Assembly: GCA_041650615.1 (NCBI GenBank)
Contig: JBAZKU010000001.1
Span: 185,216 to 249,215, forward strand
Direction of reading: 5' to 3'
DNA: 64,000 nt
Source: Minisyncoccota bacterium
GTDB taxonomy: Bacteria > Patescibacteriota > Minisyncoccia > Phycocordibacterales > UBA9973
The translations under genes and the position numbers were made by a program. Of the stretch, positions 18,776 through 28,152 are shown one piece after another. Each line of letters begins with the position of its first letter. Position 1 is the stretch's first letter. Under the pieces are notes generated by a model. That model was not told where the DNA came from. It ran no database searches and was given only the letters and a program-made list of their open reading frames with translations.

Positions 18776-19662
18776 ATAATTTTCTCTAAAATCCTCAATT
18801 TTGCGCTTCTTGATCTAGGATTGTTCTTTTTTTCTTCTTCTTTGGCTATTATTGGTTTTTTATTTATTAAAATTGCTTTATTTTCTTTTTGCTTTTCCTT
18901 ATAAAATTTTTTTACGATCCTATCTTCCAAGCTATGAAAAGAAATTACTGCCATTCTTCCTTCTTTATTCAAAACTTTGAATCCCTTTTCTAATCCAATT
19001 TTCAATGTTTCCAATTCATCATTTACTGCTATCCGTAATGCTTGAAATGTTTTTGTGGCAAAATGCAACCTTCCTCTTTTATATACTGCAGGTACGCTGT
19101 TCTCTATCGCTTTTACCAAATCCCCCGTCGTTTCGATTTTTTGTTTTTTCCTCGCTTCCACTATTCCCTTTGCTATTCTTCTTGAAAATCTTTCTTCTCC
19201 GTAACCGTAAATAATATCTGCTAAACTTTTTTCGCTCCAAACATTTACAATATCTTTTGCCGTCAAATCTTCTGGCTGAGGATTTTCTTTCATGGTCATA
19301 AGCAGTGGCTCACTTTTCATAAAAGAAAATCCTCGTCCGGAATTCTCCAATTGGTCGGAACTCAATCCCAAGTCAAAGATAATTGCGTCTGCTCTCTGTC
19401 CGTCCAGTACTTCATCCAAATTTCTGAAATTAATATTTTTAAAAGATATTCTTTTATCCGAAAAACTCTTAAAAACATTTTGGTCCTGGTCTAAGGCGAT
19501 AATCTTTATGTTCGGATATTTTTTTAAAATTTCCTTACTGTGTCCTCCGCCTCCAAAGGTACAATCCAAAACCAAAGATTTACCTTCTAATTTCAAACCT
19601 TCTATTGTTTCATTTAAAAGAACTGTCTTATGTACACTTTCCATCTTATTTCTTGTTTCCAA
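18772..19662 (-). CDS. rsmH: 16S rRNA (cytosine1402-N4)-methyltransferase
   Basis: DCTFGGGGHS SAM motif; conserved mraZ-rsmH-ftsL-ftsI order. Confidence 0.9.
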   Translation of the reverse strand: METRNKMESVHKTVLLNETIEGLKLEGKSLVLDCTFGGGGHSKEILKKYPNIKIIALDQDQNVFKSFSDKRISFKNINFRNLDEVLDGQRADAIIFDLGLSSDQLENSGRGFSFMKSEPLLMTMKENPQPEDLTAKDIVNVWSEKSLADIIYGYGEERFSRRIAKGIVEARKKQKIETTGDLVKAIENSVPAVYKRGRLHFATKTFQALRIAVNDELETLKIGLEKGFKVLNKEGRMAVISFHSLEDRIVKKFYKEKQKENKAILINKKPIIAKEEEKKNNPRSRSAKLRILEKII

Positions 19663-20086
19663 GATTCTCTGCTAATTGATCTGCTTGCTTTTCCACTACT
19701 TCCCTATATTGCAACCATGTTTTATCATTCCAAACTTCCACTCTGTCCTCTACCCCGATAATGGCCGCCGAATTTTTCAGTCCGATTCTTTCTTTCAAAA
19801 AATCAGGAATTAAAATCCTTCCGATAGTATCCACTTCCAATTCTGCCGCTCGGCCAAACATGAATCTGTTGAAACTTCTTTTGTCGGCTTTTAGAAAAGA
19901 AAGATCGGAGTCCGAATCAGAAAGTCGTTTAGAAACTTTTTCCCATTCGGCCGTTGTGAAAATGAACAAACATTGGTCTAGTCCGGGTGTGATAATAATT
20001 TTTTTACCGAGTTCCTTGCGAAATTTTACAGGCAGAGAAACCCGATTTTTTTCGTCTATGGTATGTATGTATTCGCCGATGAGCAT
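19646..20086 (-). CDS. mraZ: transcriptional regulator MraZ
   Basis: Duplicated MraZ/SpoVT-AbrB fold (MLIGEYIHTIDEKNRVSLPVKFR.., ..GRAAELEVDTIGRILIP). Start trimmed to the MLIGEY Met. Confidence 0.85.
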   Translation of the reverse strand: MLIGEYIHTIDEKNRVSLPVKFRKELGKKIIITPGLDQCLFIFTTAEWEKVSKRLSDSDSDLSFLKADKRSFNRFMFGRAAELEVDTIGRILIPDFLKERIGLKNSAAIIGVEDRVEVWNDKTWLQYREVVEKQADQLAENLGNKK

Positions 20087-20185
20087 AAAATTATTTATCC
20101 ACTCGTTTCCCACCTTTTCCCACTTGATATACATTGTAAACCACTGCTTTCCGTAACGCAAAATCCCACCTGTGGATAACTTAGG

Positions 20186-20383
20186 TTGACGTTTTTGTAG
20201 AGCTAAGTTATATTACTTGCTTAGTCACCTAATTGTTCTTTTTCAATACTTACTACTTACTTGATGTGTCCCTTGTATACATCAAAGGACGTGGCATTGC
20301 TTTATTATCACGTCAAAAGGATCAATTTCACCCCGCTGTTATTTCTGATTTATTTTCAATATCAGAATGCGGGGTGTTTTTTT
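20186..20383 (+). ncRNA. candidate small transcript (~165 nt) with its own promoter and intrinsic terminator, antisense to the mraZ upstream region
   Basis: TTGACG-N17-TATATT at 20186..20214. Terminator hairpin caccccgc..gcggggtg plus T7 at 20329..20383. No plausible ORF; internal 8-bp inverted repeat ttgatgt/acatcaa. Confidence 0.35.
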
Positions 20384-20395
20384 ATGTTCAAAAGC

Positions 20396-20424
20396 TTGAC
20401 AAATGGGAATGAATATGCTATACT
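20396..20424 (+). promoter_or_regulatory. sigma70-type promoter TTGACA-N17-TATACT
   Basis: Perfect -35 and near-perfect -10. Drives the small ORF at 20484. Confidence 0.7.
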
Positions 20425-20483
20425 CTATATGGATTAAAATAATGGTTATTTAAATAAATTACCCACATTTCTGGAGAAATATC

Positions 20484-20639
20484 ATGAAAAACTTTATACT
20501 TTATTTCCTTGGTCTTACCTATTCATCTCAGGATGTTATAGCGAAAACTCCAAAATTATTGGGGGGAAGAATCATCAAGGGAAGAAATTGCACGATGTAT
20601 TGCGGGAAAAACAATATGATCGTAGAGTTTCAAAAATAG
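20484..20639 (+). CDS. small protein (51 aa) with hydrophobic N-terminus
   Basis: SD GGAGA 7 nt upstream. Sequence MKNFILYFLGLTYSSQDVIAKTPKLLGGRIIKGRNCTMYCGKNNMIVEFQK. Terminator immediately downstream. Confidence 0.4.
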   Translation: MKNFILYFLGLTYSSQDVIAKTPKLLGGRIIKGRNCTMYCGKNNMIVEFQK

Positions 20640-20660
20640 CCGGCGCCTAAAGTAGCGCAA

Positions 20661-20690
20661 AAGCCTTCTGAAATTAGAAGGCTTTTTTTA
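20661..20690 (+). terminator. intrinsic terminator overlapping the lysS stop codon
   Basis: aagccttct-gaaatt-agaaggctt followed by TTTTT. Confidence 0.7.
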
Positions 20691-22151
20691 TTCCAAATTT
20701 CTGGGACGCATGAGCGGGAAAAATTGAGTTTCGCGAATAGGTTTATCGGCAAGGAAAGCGAAAAGCATTTCACCAAAACCGAAACCGCAAGTCGGTGGCA
20801 TTCCATATTCAAGCATTTCCACAAATTCTTTATCTGGCATCATTGCTTCTTTATCTCCTCTGTCAATCAAAGCTTGTTGTTCTTCAAAACGTTTTCGCTG
20901 ATCAATCGGGTCATTTAGTTCGCTGTATCCATTTCCTACTTCCGTGCCTGCGATAATTATTTGAAATCGTTCCGTTAAATCCGGATTTTTCGGCATTGAT
21001 TTTGAAAGCGGAGAAACAAGCTTCGGGTGCCCGGTCAAAAATACCGGTCCGGAAATTTGCTTTCGGCAATATTTCCAAAGAGTGTCTATCAGACGCTCCA
21101 TTGTATCGCCATCATAAACAATTTTTAATTTTTCCAATTTTTCTTTTACTTCTTCAAAAGTGGTATTCAGCACATCTATGCCCGTTTCTTTTTTAATAAT
21201 TTCTCTGTAATCAATACGTTTCCATTTTTCTCCCAAATCAAATTTATGCCCGCGTGTTTCAAATTTCGTTTTACCAAAAACATCCAGGGCTATTTTTTTA
21301 TAAAGTTCTTCCACCAGTTTCATTCCATCTTCGTAATTCGCATAAGCCCAATAAAATTCCAAATTGGTAAATTCCTGTAAATGATTTGCATCCGAACCTT
21401 CATTTCTGTAAGCTTTGCCGATTTCAAAAGTTTTTGGGAACCCGGCTGCCATCAAACGCTTTTGCCAAAGTTCTCCGACTGAAATACGCAAATATAAAGC
21501 CAATTTGAAATCTTCATTATATGTTTTAAACGGATTAGCTTCGGCGCCACCAGTCGTAATTTCCAAAGCCGGAGTCTCTACTTCTAAAAATCCGTGTTCT
21601 TTCATAAAGACACGCGCAGTATCCCAAAATTTTGTTTTCTTAATAAGAAGCTCTTTAACCTCGGGGTCCATTAAAATATCCAAATATCTTTTTCGAAATC
21701 TTTCTTCCGTGTCTTGCAAGCCGTGCCACTTTTCCGGCAACGGAAGCAAACTTTTGGAAAGCATGGTCCAATCTTTGACTTCTACTGTTTTCTCTCCCCT
21801 TTTGGTAGTAAAGAAACTCCCTGAAACTTCTATAAAATCTCCGATATCAATCACCTCATTGAAAAAATCAAATTTTTCATCTCCAAGAATATCCTTTTTA
21901 AGCAAGCCTTGAAAATGTTCCGTACCGTCATTTAAAGTCACAAAAACAATCGCGCCTTGCCCGCGAATAGACATTATGCGGCCTGCAATCCATTTGATTT
22001 CTTTATTTTTTTCCAGATTTTCAAAATTATCAACGGCGTCTTTAAGGGAGATTTCCCTTTTTGACTCAACAGGATACGGGTTCATCCCTTTATCTTTTAA
22101 GAGTTTAAGTTTTTTTACTCTAGCGTCCCTAATTTCATCAATTGAAGACAT
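20688..22151 (-). CDS. lysS: lysine--tRNA ligase (class II)
   Basis: OB anticodon-binding domain plus class II motifs (FEIGKAYRNEG, GGAEANPF, CGFGFGEMLF). Confidence 0.9.
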   Translation of the reverse strand: MSSIDEIRDARVKKLKLLKDKGMNPYPVESKREISLKDAVDNFENLEKNKEIKWIAGRIMSIRGQGAIVFVTLNDGTEHFQGLLKKDILGDEKFDFFNEVIDIGDFIEVSGSFFTTKRGEKTVEVKDWTMLSKSLLPLPEKWHGLQDTEERFRKRYLDILMDPEVKELLIKKTKFWDTARVFMKEHGFLEVETPALEITTGGAEANPFKTYNEDFKLALYLRISVGELWQKRLMAAGFPKTFEIGKAYRNEGSDANHLQEFTNLEFYWAYANYEDGMKLVEELYKKIALDVFGKTKFETRGHKFDLGEKWKRIDYREIIKKETGIDVLNTTFEEVKEKLEKLKIVYDGDTMERLIDTLWKYCRKQISGPVFLTGHPKLVSPLSKSMPKNPDLTERFQIIIAGTEVGNGYSELNDPIDQRKRFEEQQALIDRGDKEAMMPDKEFVEMLEYGMPPTCGFGFGEMLFAFLADKPIRETQFFPLMRPRNLE

Positions 22152-22177
22152 TTTATTTTATCCCGCCGTAGTGGCGA

Positions 22178-22645
22178 TTAAGACACATCTATAATTTTAT
22201 AATTAACTTCTCCATTCGGAGTTTTAAATGAAATACTGTCTCCTTTTTTTCTTCCGAAAAGCGCTTCACCGAACGGAGACCTATTAGAAATTTTCCCTAG
22301 CGCCATATCGGCTTCTTCGGAGCCTACAATTTGATATTTTCTTTCTTTTTTCTCTCCTTCTTTTAAAACAACAACCTTAGATCCTATTTCTATTTCCTCG
22401 CCTCCACCTCCGGACACAACTTGAGAAGATCGCAAGATTTGTTCTATTTTGTGAATACGTCCTTCAAGTTTTCCTTGTTCTTCGCGAGTTTGATGATATT
22501 CCGCATTTTCGGACAAATCTCCCAAGGATTTTGCATACTCCAAATTTTCCAAAATTTCTTTTCTTTTGGGGCCTTTCAATTCTTTTAATTCTTTTTCCAA
22601 AGCTTTCTTTTTTTCTTCCGTTATATAATCGCCTGCCTGTTTCAT
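22178..22645 (-). CDS. greA: transcription elongation factor GreA
   Basis: Coiled-coil N-domain and FKBP-like C-domain (LGDLSENAEY). Confidence 0.9.
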   Translation of the reverse strand: MKQAGDYITEEKKKALEKELKELKGPKRKEILENLEYAKSLGDLSENAEYHQTREEQGKLEGRIHKIEQILRSSQVVSGGGGEEIEIGSKVVVLKEGEKKERKYQIVGSEEADMALGKISNRSPFGEALFGRKKGDSISFKTPNGEVNYKIIDVS

Positions 22646-22681
22646 AATTTAAATCCTAACCCTTTTTTGCAAAAAAGTCTA

Positions 22682-22789
22682 CTGAAAATTATAAAATAAA
22701 TCTTTCTCACGGCTCGCACTCGAACCTGACAATGGTTCACGAATCTAATATTGCGTATGCCGAAGAAAGACTTACTTTATAATTTTCAG
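22682..22789. repeat. third copy (reverse orientation) of the conserved 55-nt core found twice in leuS, flanked by a different ~25-bp inverted repeat (ctgaaaattataaaataaatctttc / gaaagacttactttataattttcag)
   Basis: Core cacggctcgcactcgaacctgacaatggttcacgaatctaatattgcgtatgccgaa is about 90% identical to the reverse complement of 50508..50562. Confidence 0.8.
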
Positions 22790-22832
22790 AAGCAAGCTTG
22801 CCTATACATTATCTATATGATAATCTACCTAA

Positions 22833-23060
22833 ATGGCAAAAACAGTAATTGAAGTAAATAAAAACGGAAATGAAAACAACGCAAGCATATTGCGCCGTTT
22901 TTCCCGCAGAATACAGGAATCAAATATTATTCAAAAAGTGAAAGGTTCTCGTTTTAACAAAAGAAAGGAATCAAAGCTTAAGGTAAAGAAAGGAACTCTT
23001 AAACACTTGGAAAGAAGGAGAGAAATAGAAAAACTCCGCAAGCTTGGCAAGGTAAAATAA
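22833..23060 (+). CDS. rpsU: 30S ribosomal protein S21-like
   Basis: 75 aa, basic. ILRRFSRRIQE..RFNKRKESKLKVKK resembles S21 (ALRRFKR..EKPTTERKRAK). Confidence 0.55.
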   Translation: MAKTVIEVNKNGNENNASILRRFSRRIQESNIIQKVKGSRFNKRKESKLKVKKGTLKHLERRREIEKLRKLGKVK

Positions 23061-23061
23061 A

Positions 23062-23463
23062 ATGGAATTTGAGAAAATAAAGCAGGATATATTGGGTAAA
23101 GAATATTCTTTGTCTGTTGCTTTTGTGAGTGAAAAAAAATCCAGGGAAATAAATAAAAAATATAGAAATATAGACAAGCCTACTAATGTACTTTCTTTTG
23201 CTTTAGATAAAAATGAAGGTGAAATCATCTTGTGCAAAAGCACAATCAGAAAAGAGTTAAAGAAATTCGGTAGAACTTTTGAGCAATTGGTGGGCTATTT
23301 AGTTATCCACGGAATGCTTCATTTGAAAGGAATGGAACATAGTAGTAGAATGGAGAGAGCAGAGAATAAGTATGATCAGAAATATTTCTATAGGAATAGA
23401 CATGGGGTCCACTACGACCAGAGTCGTAATGGGAGAATTTCTAAAAGGAGAAAAAAATCCTAA
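23062..23463 (+). CDS. ybeY: rRNA maturation endoribonuclease YbeY
   Basis: TNVLSFA and HGMLHLKGMEH metal-binding motifs. The 3' end overlaps ftsA by about 90 nt. Confidence 0.75.
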   Translation: MEFEKIKQDILGKEYSLSVAFVSEKKSREINKKYRNIDKPTNVLSFALDKNEGEIILCKSTIRKELKKFGRTFEQLVGYLVIHGMLHLKGMEHSSRMERAENKYDQKYFYRNRHGVHYDQSRNGRISKRRKKS

Positions 23464-24535
23464 AATTATTGGCATCGGAGAAGCTGAAACAAAAGGTGTT
23501 CGGCATGGATACGTTGTTAATATTCTAGAAGCAGCACTTTCGCTTAAAAATGCAATTGCTTCTGCTGAAAATAATTCCGGTATAAAAATCAAACGCGCTT
23601 TCATTGCAATCGGCGGAGTAACTCTGCGTGGAGATATATCAAGTGGCGTAGGAATTATTTCAAAAGCGGACGGCGAGGTGACTAATTTGGATATAAATAA
23701 AGCACTGCAAGATAGCGAAGATAATTTAAATTTAAATAATAAAAAAGTAATAAAGGTACTACCTATTTCTTTCAAGCTTGACGGCAAAGATATACTGGGC
23801 CGACCGGAGGGTATGCGAGGAACGAAACTTGAAATTAAAGCGCTTTTCATAACTTGTTCCCTTTCGCATTTTGAAGATTTGCTGGAAGTCGTAACTTTGG
23901 CCGGAATAGAACCTATAGATATTATCGCTTCTCCTTTAGCAGGAAGCTCTATTGCAATGTCCCCCAAACAAAAAATAGTAGGAGGAGCTTTGGTCAACAT
24001 CGGATCTGAAACAGCATCGCTTTCCGTATACGAGGACGGAATTCTTGTGTCGCTTCATACGTTTTCCATCGGCGGAGCGGATATTACGAATGATATTGCG
24101 CTGGGTTTGAAAGTTTCGCTTGAAAACGCGGAGCGTTTTAAGCTCGGAAATATGGGAGAAGATTTTTCAAAGAAAAAATTGGATGAGATCGTTGAGGCTC
24201 GACTTTTGGATATTTTTGAATCAATAGAAAATCATTTAAAGAAAATAAAAAGAAATGAATTATTGCCGGCAGGTATTGTATTCATCGGAGGCGCCGCCAA
24301 CACTCCCCTGCTTGAAGAATTTTCAAAATCCGCTCTTAAACTTCCTTCAAGGATTGGCGCAACCGAGATTTTCGGCAATATAAAAACCAAACTCCGCGAC
24401 CCTTCCTGGTTTACCGCTCTTGGTCTGATAATGTCTTCCGATGAAAATAATTCTTACTCCTCCGGTTCACTTCAAAATTTTTTCAAAAACCTAAAAAGAA
24501 TAATAAAATCTAACCTTAAACAGCTAATGCCGTAG
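23372..24535 (+). CDS. ftsA: cell division protein FtsA
   Basis: Actin-like ATPase (IGIDMGSTTTRVV, GGVTLRG); upstream of ftsZ. Confidence 0.85.
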   Translation: MIRNISIGIDMGSTTTRVVMGEFLKGEKNPKIIGIGEAETKGVRHGYVVNILEAALSLKNAIASAENNSGIKIKRAFIAIGGVTLRGDISSGVGIISKADGEVTNLDINKALQDSEDNLNLNNKKVIKVLPISFKLDGKDILGRPEGMRGTKLEIKALFITCSLSHFEDLLEVVTLAGIEPIDIIASPLAGSSIAMSPKQKIVGGALVNIGSETASLSVYEDGILVSLHTFSIGGADITNDIALGLKVSLENAERFKLGNMGEDFSKKKLDEIVEARLLDIFESIENHLKKIKRNELLPAGIVFIGGAANTPLLEEFSKSALKLPSRIGATEIFGNIKTKLRDPSWFTALGLIMSSDENNSYSSGSLQNFFKNLKRIIKSNLKQLMP

Positions 24536-24615
24536 AGTTGCGTACTCTTTATTTTCTGCTATTATAGGGTTTATATAAACCAAATAATTTTATTATTAAA
24601 TAAACATGAAAATAT

Positions 24616-25812
24616 ATGCCTAAATTAAACCCCGAAATAGTAAGTTTTGCCCGTATTATGGTCATCGGAATAGGAGGATCCGGAAAGAATGCGGTCAATC
24701 ATATGATCAACTCTAAAGTTAAAGGCGTGTCTTTTATCTGTATGAATACCGATACGCAGGATCTGCATCATTCTTTGGCTGATAAAAAAATTCATATCGG
24801 GAAAAATCTTACCAAAGGCCTCGGTGCCGGAATGAATCCGGAAATCGGAAAGAAAGCCGCAGAAGAAACAAAATCCGAAATCCAAGATGTGATGAAGGGA
24901 GCCGATATGATTTTCGTCGCTTGCGGAATGGGAGGAGGCACCGGCACAGGCGCAGCTCCTATCGTCGCTCGCGCAGCAAAGGAACAAGGAATACTTACCG
25001 TGGCTGTAGTTACCAAACCTTTCTTCTTTGAAGGCAATCACCGAATGAAAATCGCCGAGAAAGGAATTGAAGATTTGGCCAAGGAGGTGGACGCTATCAT
25101 TATTATTCCAAATGACAAATTAATACAATTAGCCGATAAGAATACGAATTTCAAGGATGCTTTTGCCAGTTGCGACAATGTATTACGTCAAGCAGTAGAA
25201 GGGATTTCCGACCTTATTACCACTCCGGGCATTATAAATGTTGATTTTGCGGACATTAGGGCCATTATGTCAGATGCTGGAAGCGCGCTTATGGGCATAG
25301 GTCTTGCCTCAGGAGACAGCCGGGCTTCAAAAGCAGCGCTTCAGGCCATCAATTCTCCTCTTTTGGAAGTTTCAATCAATGGAGCTAAAGGAGTACTCTT
25401 TGCTATTTCCGGCGGGGATGATATAACCATTCATGAAATACAAGAAGCGGCTAAAATAATTACGGAATCTATAGATAAAGAAGCAAAAGTAATTTTTGGC
25501 ACAATCAGAGATGAAAAATTAAAAAAGGGAGAATTAAAAGTTACCGTGATAGCCTCCAGCTTCACCGGCGACATGCCTCGTAAAAATCTTTTTAGTGGAA
25601 CCAATATTTTGAACCAAACAATATTGAAAGAAGAAAATAAGGCTTCAGCAATAAAAGAAATACATAACACTATCCAAAATTCAAATATGAATAATAATGA
25701 CTCAAATAAAAAAATAGAAAGAAAGCCGGAAGTCAAAGAAGAGATAATCATAGAGGATGATAATGAAGATTGGAGCGCTGTTCCAGCCTTTTTAAGAAGA
25801 AAAAAGAATTAA
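24616..25812 (+). CDS. ftsZ: cell division GTPase FtsZ
   Basis: Tubulin signature GGGTGTG, plus NTDTQ/NTDAQ-like motifs. Confidence 0.95.
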   Translation: MPKLNPEIVSFARIMVIGIGGSGKNAVNHMINSKVKGVSFICMNTDTQDLHHSLADKKIHIGKNLTKGLGAGMNPEIGKKAAEETKSEIQDVMKGADMIFVACGMGGGTGTGAAPIVARAAKEQGILTVAVVTKPFFFEGNHRMKIAEKGIEDLAKEVDAIIIIPNDKLIQLADKNTNFKDAFASCDNVLRQAVEGISDLITTPGIINVDFADIRAIMSDAGSALMGIGLASGDSRASKAALQAINSPLLEVSINGAKGVLFAISGGDDITIHEIQEAAKIITESIDKEAKVIFGTIRDEKLKKGELKVTVIASSFTGDMPRKNLFSGTNILNQTILKEENKASAIKEIHNTIQNSNMNNNDSNKKIERKPEVKEEIIIEDDNEDWSAVPAFLRRKKN

Positions 25813-25840
25813 GACTAGACAGGTATGTTATAATGCCTGA

Positions 25841-26791
25841 ATGACTTACGATTTAATAATTATCGGAGGGGGGCCGGCAGGCTCGGCAGCCGCTGTTTAT
25901 GCTTCCCGCAAAAGACTTAAAACTTTATTCATCACTAAAGAATGGGGTGGGCAATCTGTCGTATCCGAACAGATTTTTAATTGGATTGGCACCTCCTCTA
26001 TTTCCGGAGCAGACCTTGCCAAGAATCTCAAAAATCATGTACTGGCAAATGCAGGAGAAAGTTTAGAAGTTAAAGAGGGTCTTGTTGATACAATTTTAAA
26101 AGCCGAAGGTCCTGAGCTTGTCGAAGGAAAAAATGGCTTATTTAAAATTAAAATTGACACCGGAGAAGAATTTCTAACTGAAACAATATTGATAACTACC
26201 GGCAGCGCGCGAAAAAAATTGCAGGCAAAAAATGCGGACAAACTTGAACATAAGGGCCTTACTTACTGCGCTTCCTGCGACGGTCCCCTTTTTGCCGATA
26301 TGGATGTTGTTGTTGTCGGCGGAGGCAATGCGGCTTTTGAAAGCGCTGCTCAACTTCTCGCCTACTGTAAGTCCGTGACTTTATTGCATCACAGTGAAAA
26401 ATTCCGCGCGGATGAAATTACAGTTGAAAAAGTTTTAAAAAATCCAAAAATGAAAGCAGTAAAAAACGTAGATATTTTAGAAATAAAAGGCGATAAATTC
26501 GTGGAAGGAATAATTTATAAGGATAAAATTACCGGCAAAGAAACTGAATTAAAAGTTGCGGGCATTTTTGTTGAAATAGGACAGATTCCGAATACCGGTT
26601 TTGTTAAAGATATTATTCCGTTGGATGAAAGAGGACGCATTAAAATAAATCCGCTAAATCAAAAAACTGAGGTTCCAGGCATCTGGGCCGCCGGAGATTG
26701 TACAAATGTTTTATATCACCAAAACAATATTGCTGCCGGTGACGCCGTCCGCGCCTTGGAAGATATATACGTGACAATTAGCACGAAATAA
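25841..26791 (+). CDS. trxB: thioredoxin-disulfide reductase
   Basis: FAD motif IIGGGPAG, redox CASCDG, NADPH motif VVGGGNAA. Confidence 0.85.
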   Translation: MTYDLIIIGGGPAGSAAAVYASRKRLKTLFITKEWGGQSVVSEQIFNWIGTSSISGADLAKNLKNHVLANAGESLEVKEGLVDTILKAEGPELVEGKNGLFKIKIDTGEEFLTETILITTGSARKKLQAKNADKLEHKGLTYCASCDGPLFADMDVVVVGGGNAAFESAAQLLAYCKSVTLLHHSEKFRADEITVEKVLKNPKMKAVKNVDILEIKGDKFVEGIIYKDKITGKETELKVAGIFVEIGQIPNTGFVKDIIPLDERGRIKINPLNQKTEVPGIWAAGDCTNVLYHQNNIAAGDAVRALEDIYVTISTK

Positions 26792-26793
26792 AT

Positions 26794-26822
26794 TTGACAA
26801 ATTGTCTTTAATTTGTTATATT
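26794..26822 (+). promoter_or_regulatory. sigma70-type promoter TTGACA-N17-TATATT
   Basis: Consensus hexamers immediately after the trxB stop. Confidence 0.6.
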
Positions 26823-26881
26823 CACTCCAGCTTAGTTCTTTAAAATAATTATCTTTCAAAGATACATAAATGGAGGAAATA

Positions 26882-27043
26882 ATGAGATATCTTTTGGCTC
26901 TTGTTTTAATTGTTGTAATATTTTTTTTGGTTTATTGCATATTCTTGGAAACTGGAACTATTTTCCAAAAAATTGTTATGATGATAGCTGTAATAATTTC
27001 TGTTTGTGGCCTTCTTCCGCGTCTGCTTTGGAAAACACTATAA
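26882..27043 (+). CDS. small two-TM membrane peptide (53 aa)
   Basis: SD GGAGG 5 nt upstream. Sequence MRYLLALVLIVVIFFLVYCIFLETGTIFQKIVMMIAVIISVCGLLPRLLWKTL. Confidence 0.45.
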   Translation: MRYLLALVLIVVIFFLVYCIFLETGTIFQKIVMMIAVIISVCGLLPRLLWKTL

Positions 27044-27055
27044 CAGGAGGACCTA

Positions 27056-27451
27056 TTGAAAAAATTCATTAAGTATTATCTTGGAGGGTCTCCAGGAGCA
27101 TTACTGGGGTATATTATTTTACTTTTTTATGCTCCCAAGGATCCAAAAAATATAGAAGAGATAGTTCTTTTAGTAAAAGTCTCTGCAATAGCTTTTATTA
27201 TAAAAGAAAGTATTAGTTTCATTATATTCAAATGGTGGATTTTTAAAAAACCACTAAATGGAGAAACATTAAAAGAAATATTTTTATATTTCTTTATGAT
27301 GATATTAATATTAGTACCGAATACCCTTTCGTTTTATACTCTCACAATAGGATTGGGTATAAATAGGGTTATATCTCAGATTCTCATAAACTTATGTTTT
27401 GGATATATTGGTTTTTTGGAGACGACAAAAGTTTTCAATGGTAATAAGTAA
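27056..27451 (+). CDS. small polytopic membrane protein (GtrA-like?)
   Basis: TTG start with an AGGAGG SD; four predicted hydrophobic segments. Confidence 0.4.
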   Translation: MKKFIKYYLGGSPGALLGYIILLFYAPKDPKNIEEIVLLVKVSAIAFIIKESISFIIFKWWIFKKPLNGETLKEIFLYFFMMILILVPNTLSFYTLTIGLGINRVISQILINLCFGYIGFLETTKVFNGNK

Positions 27452-27453
27452 AA

Positions 27454-27493
27454 ACTCGGCAATGCGTGAAAATGCGTTGTCCGAGTTTTTTTA
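27454..27493 (+). terminator. intrinsic terminator
   Basis: actcggcaatgcg-tgaaaa-tgcgttgtccgagt followed by TTTTTT. Confidence 0.7.
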
Positions 27494-27509
27494 TTTCTCC
27501 CCTTTGTGT

Positions 27510-27538
27510 TTGACAAAACTCCTTGTTTCTGGTATACT
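27510..27538 (+). promoter_or_regulatory. sigma70-type promoter TTGACA-N17-TATACT
   Basis: Consensus hexamers; SD AAAGGAG before the ATG at 27597. Confidence 0.65.
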
Positions 27539-27596
27539 TATGGAAATCAAAAATTCTTAGTTATTTTGTTAACAATAATATCAAAAGGAGAAAGTC

Positions 27597-27998
27597 ATGC
27601 CATTTAATATCCTTATTGTTGAGAATGACTCTTTTATCATGGATCTTGTGATAAAGAGTTTAAAAAATTTGGAAAAATTTGGAGAAGAAATCCATATCAT
27701 ACCAGCATTTACTCTAAGTCAAGGGTTCTATGCATTTAATAATGTTGGCAAAGATATCTTTTGTTCAATATTAGGAGGACAATTAGATCTTTATACAACA
27801 ACATTGCCTTTAGCAAAAGAAATGAATGAAAATGGTTTCCCGGCTACGCGTATTTCTTTTTCTGGAAATCCTGAACTCCAAAGACAACAAATGGAAGCCG
27901 GTTGCGTTAATAAATTTGACAAAGGTGAAATTGAAAAAATGGCAACTTTTATTGAAGAACAAATTTTAATAAAAGAAAAGAAATTGTCAAAGACTTGA
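27597..27998 (+). CDS. stand-alone CheY-like receiver-domain protein with degenerate acidic pocket
   Basis: ILIVENDS in place of ILIVDDD, with conserved S/T and K positions (FSGNPE, NKFDKG). No output domain. Confidence 0.45.
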   Translation: MPFNILIVENDSFIMDLVIKSLKNLEKFGEEIHIIPAFTLSQGFYAFNNVGKDIFCSILGGQLDLYTTTLPLAKEMNENGFPATRISFSGNPELQRQQMEAGCVNKFDKGEIEKMATFIEEQILIKEKKLSKT

Positions 27999-28132
27999 AT
28001 GAGAGGAATATATGCTGACTTCATTTTTTCTTTTTTATTGGTTAATGTCTTTTTTTCGACGCTACCGAAAAAAATCAAAGGAGTAATTATTAAAAAACCT
28101 CGCGCAATGCACGGGGTTTTTATTTTTGTACT

Positions 28133-28152
28133 TGTGACCCTACCGGGAATCG
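28133..28152 (-). repeat. exact 20-nt duplicate of the tRNA-Glu(TTC) 3' end (T-loop 3' half plus acceptor)
   Basis: tgtgaccctaccgggaatcg is identical to 28300..28319, about 150 nt downstream of the intact tRNA. Confidence 0.8.

Noticed and set aside
19761-20156. 131-aa plus-strand ORF antisense to mraZ, and similar antisense ORFs (7006..7323, 8289..8705, 16004..16420, 21415..21912, 23299..24000, 32304..32723)
   Set aside because: Each is fully embedded antisense within a well-supported conserved gene. These are typical shadow ORFs of AT-rich DNA.
22700-22790. Suspected tRNA between greA and rpsU, suggested by ggttcacgaatc resembling a T-arm
   Set aside because: No cloverleaf can be drawn. 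The segment is the reverse-orientation copy of the leuS-family repeat core.
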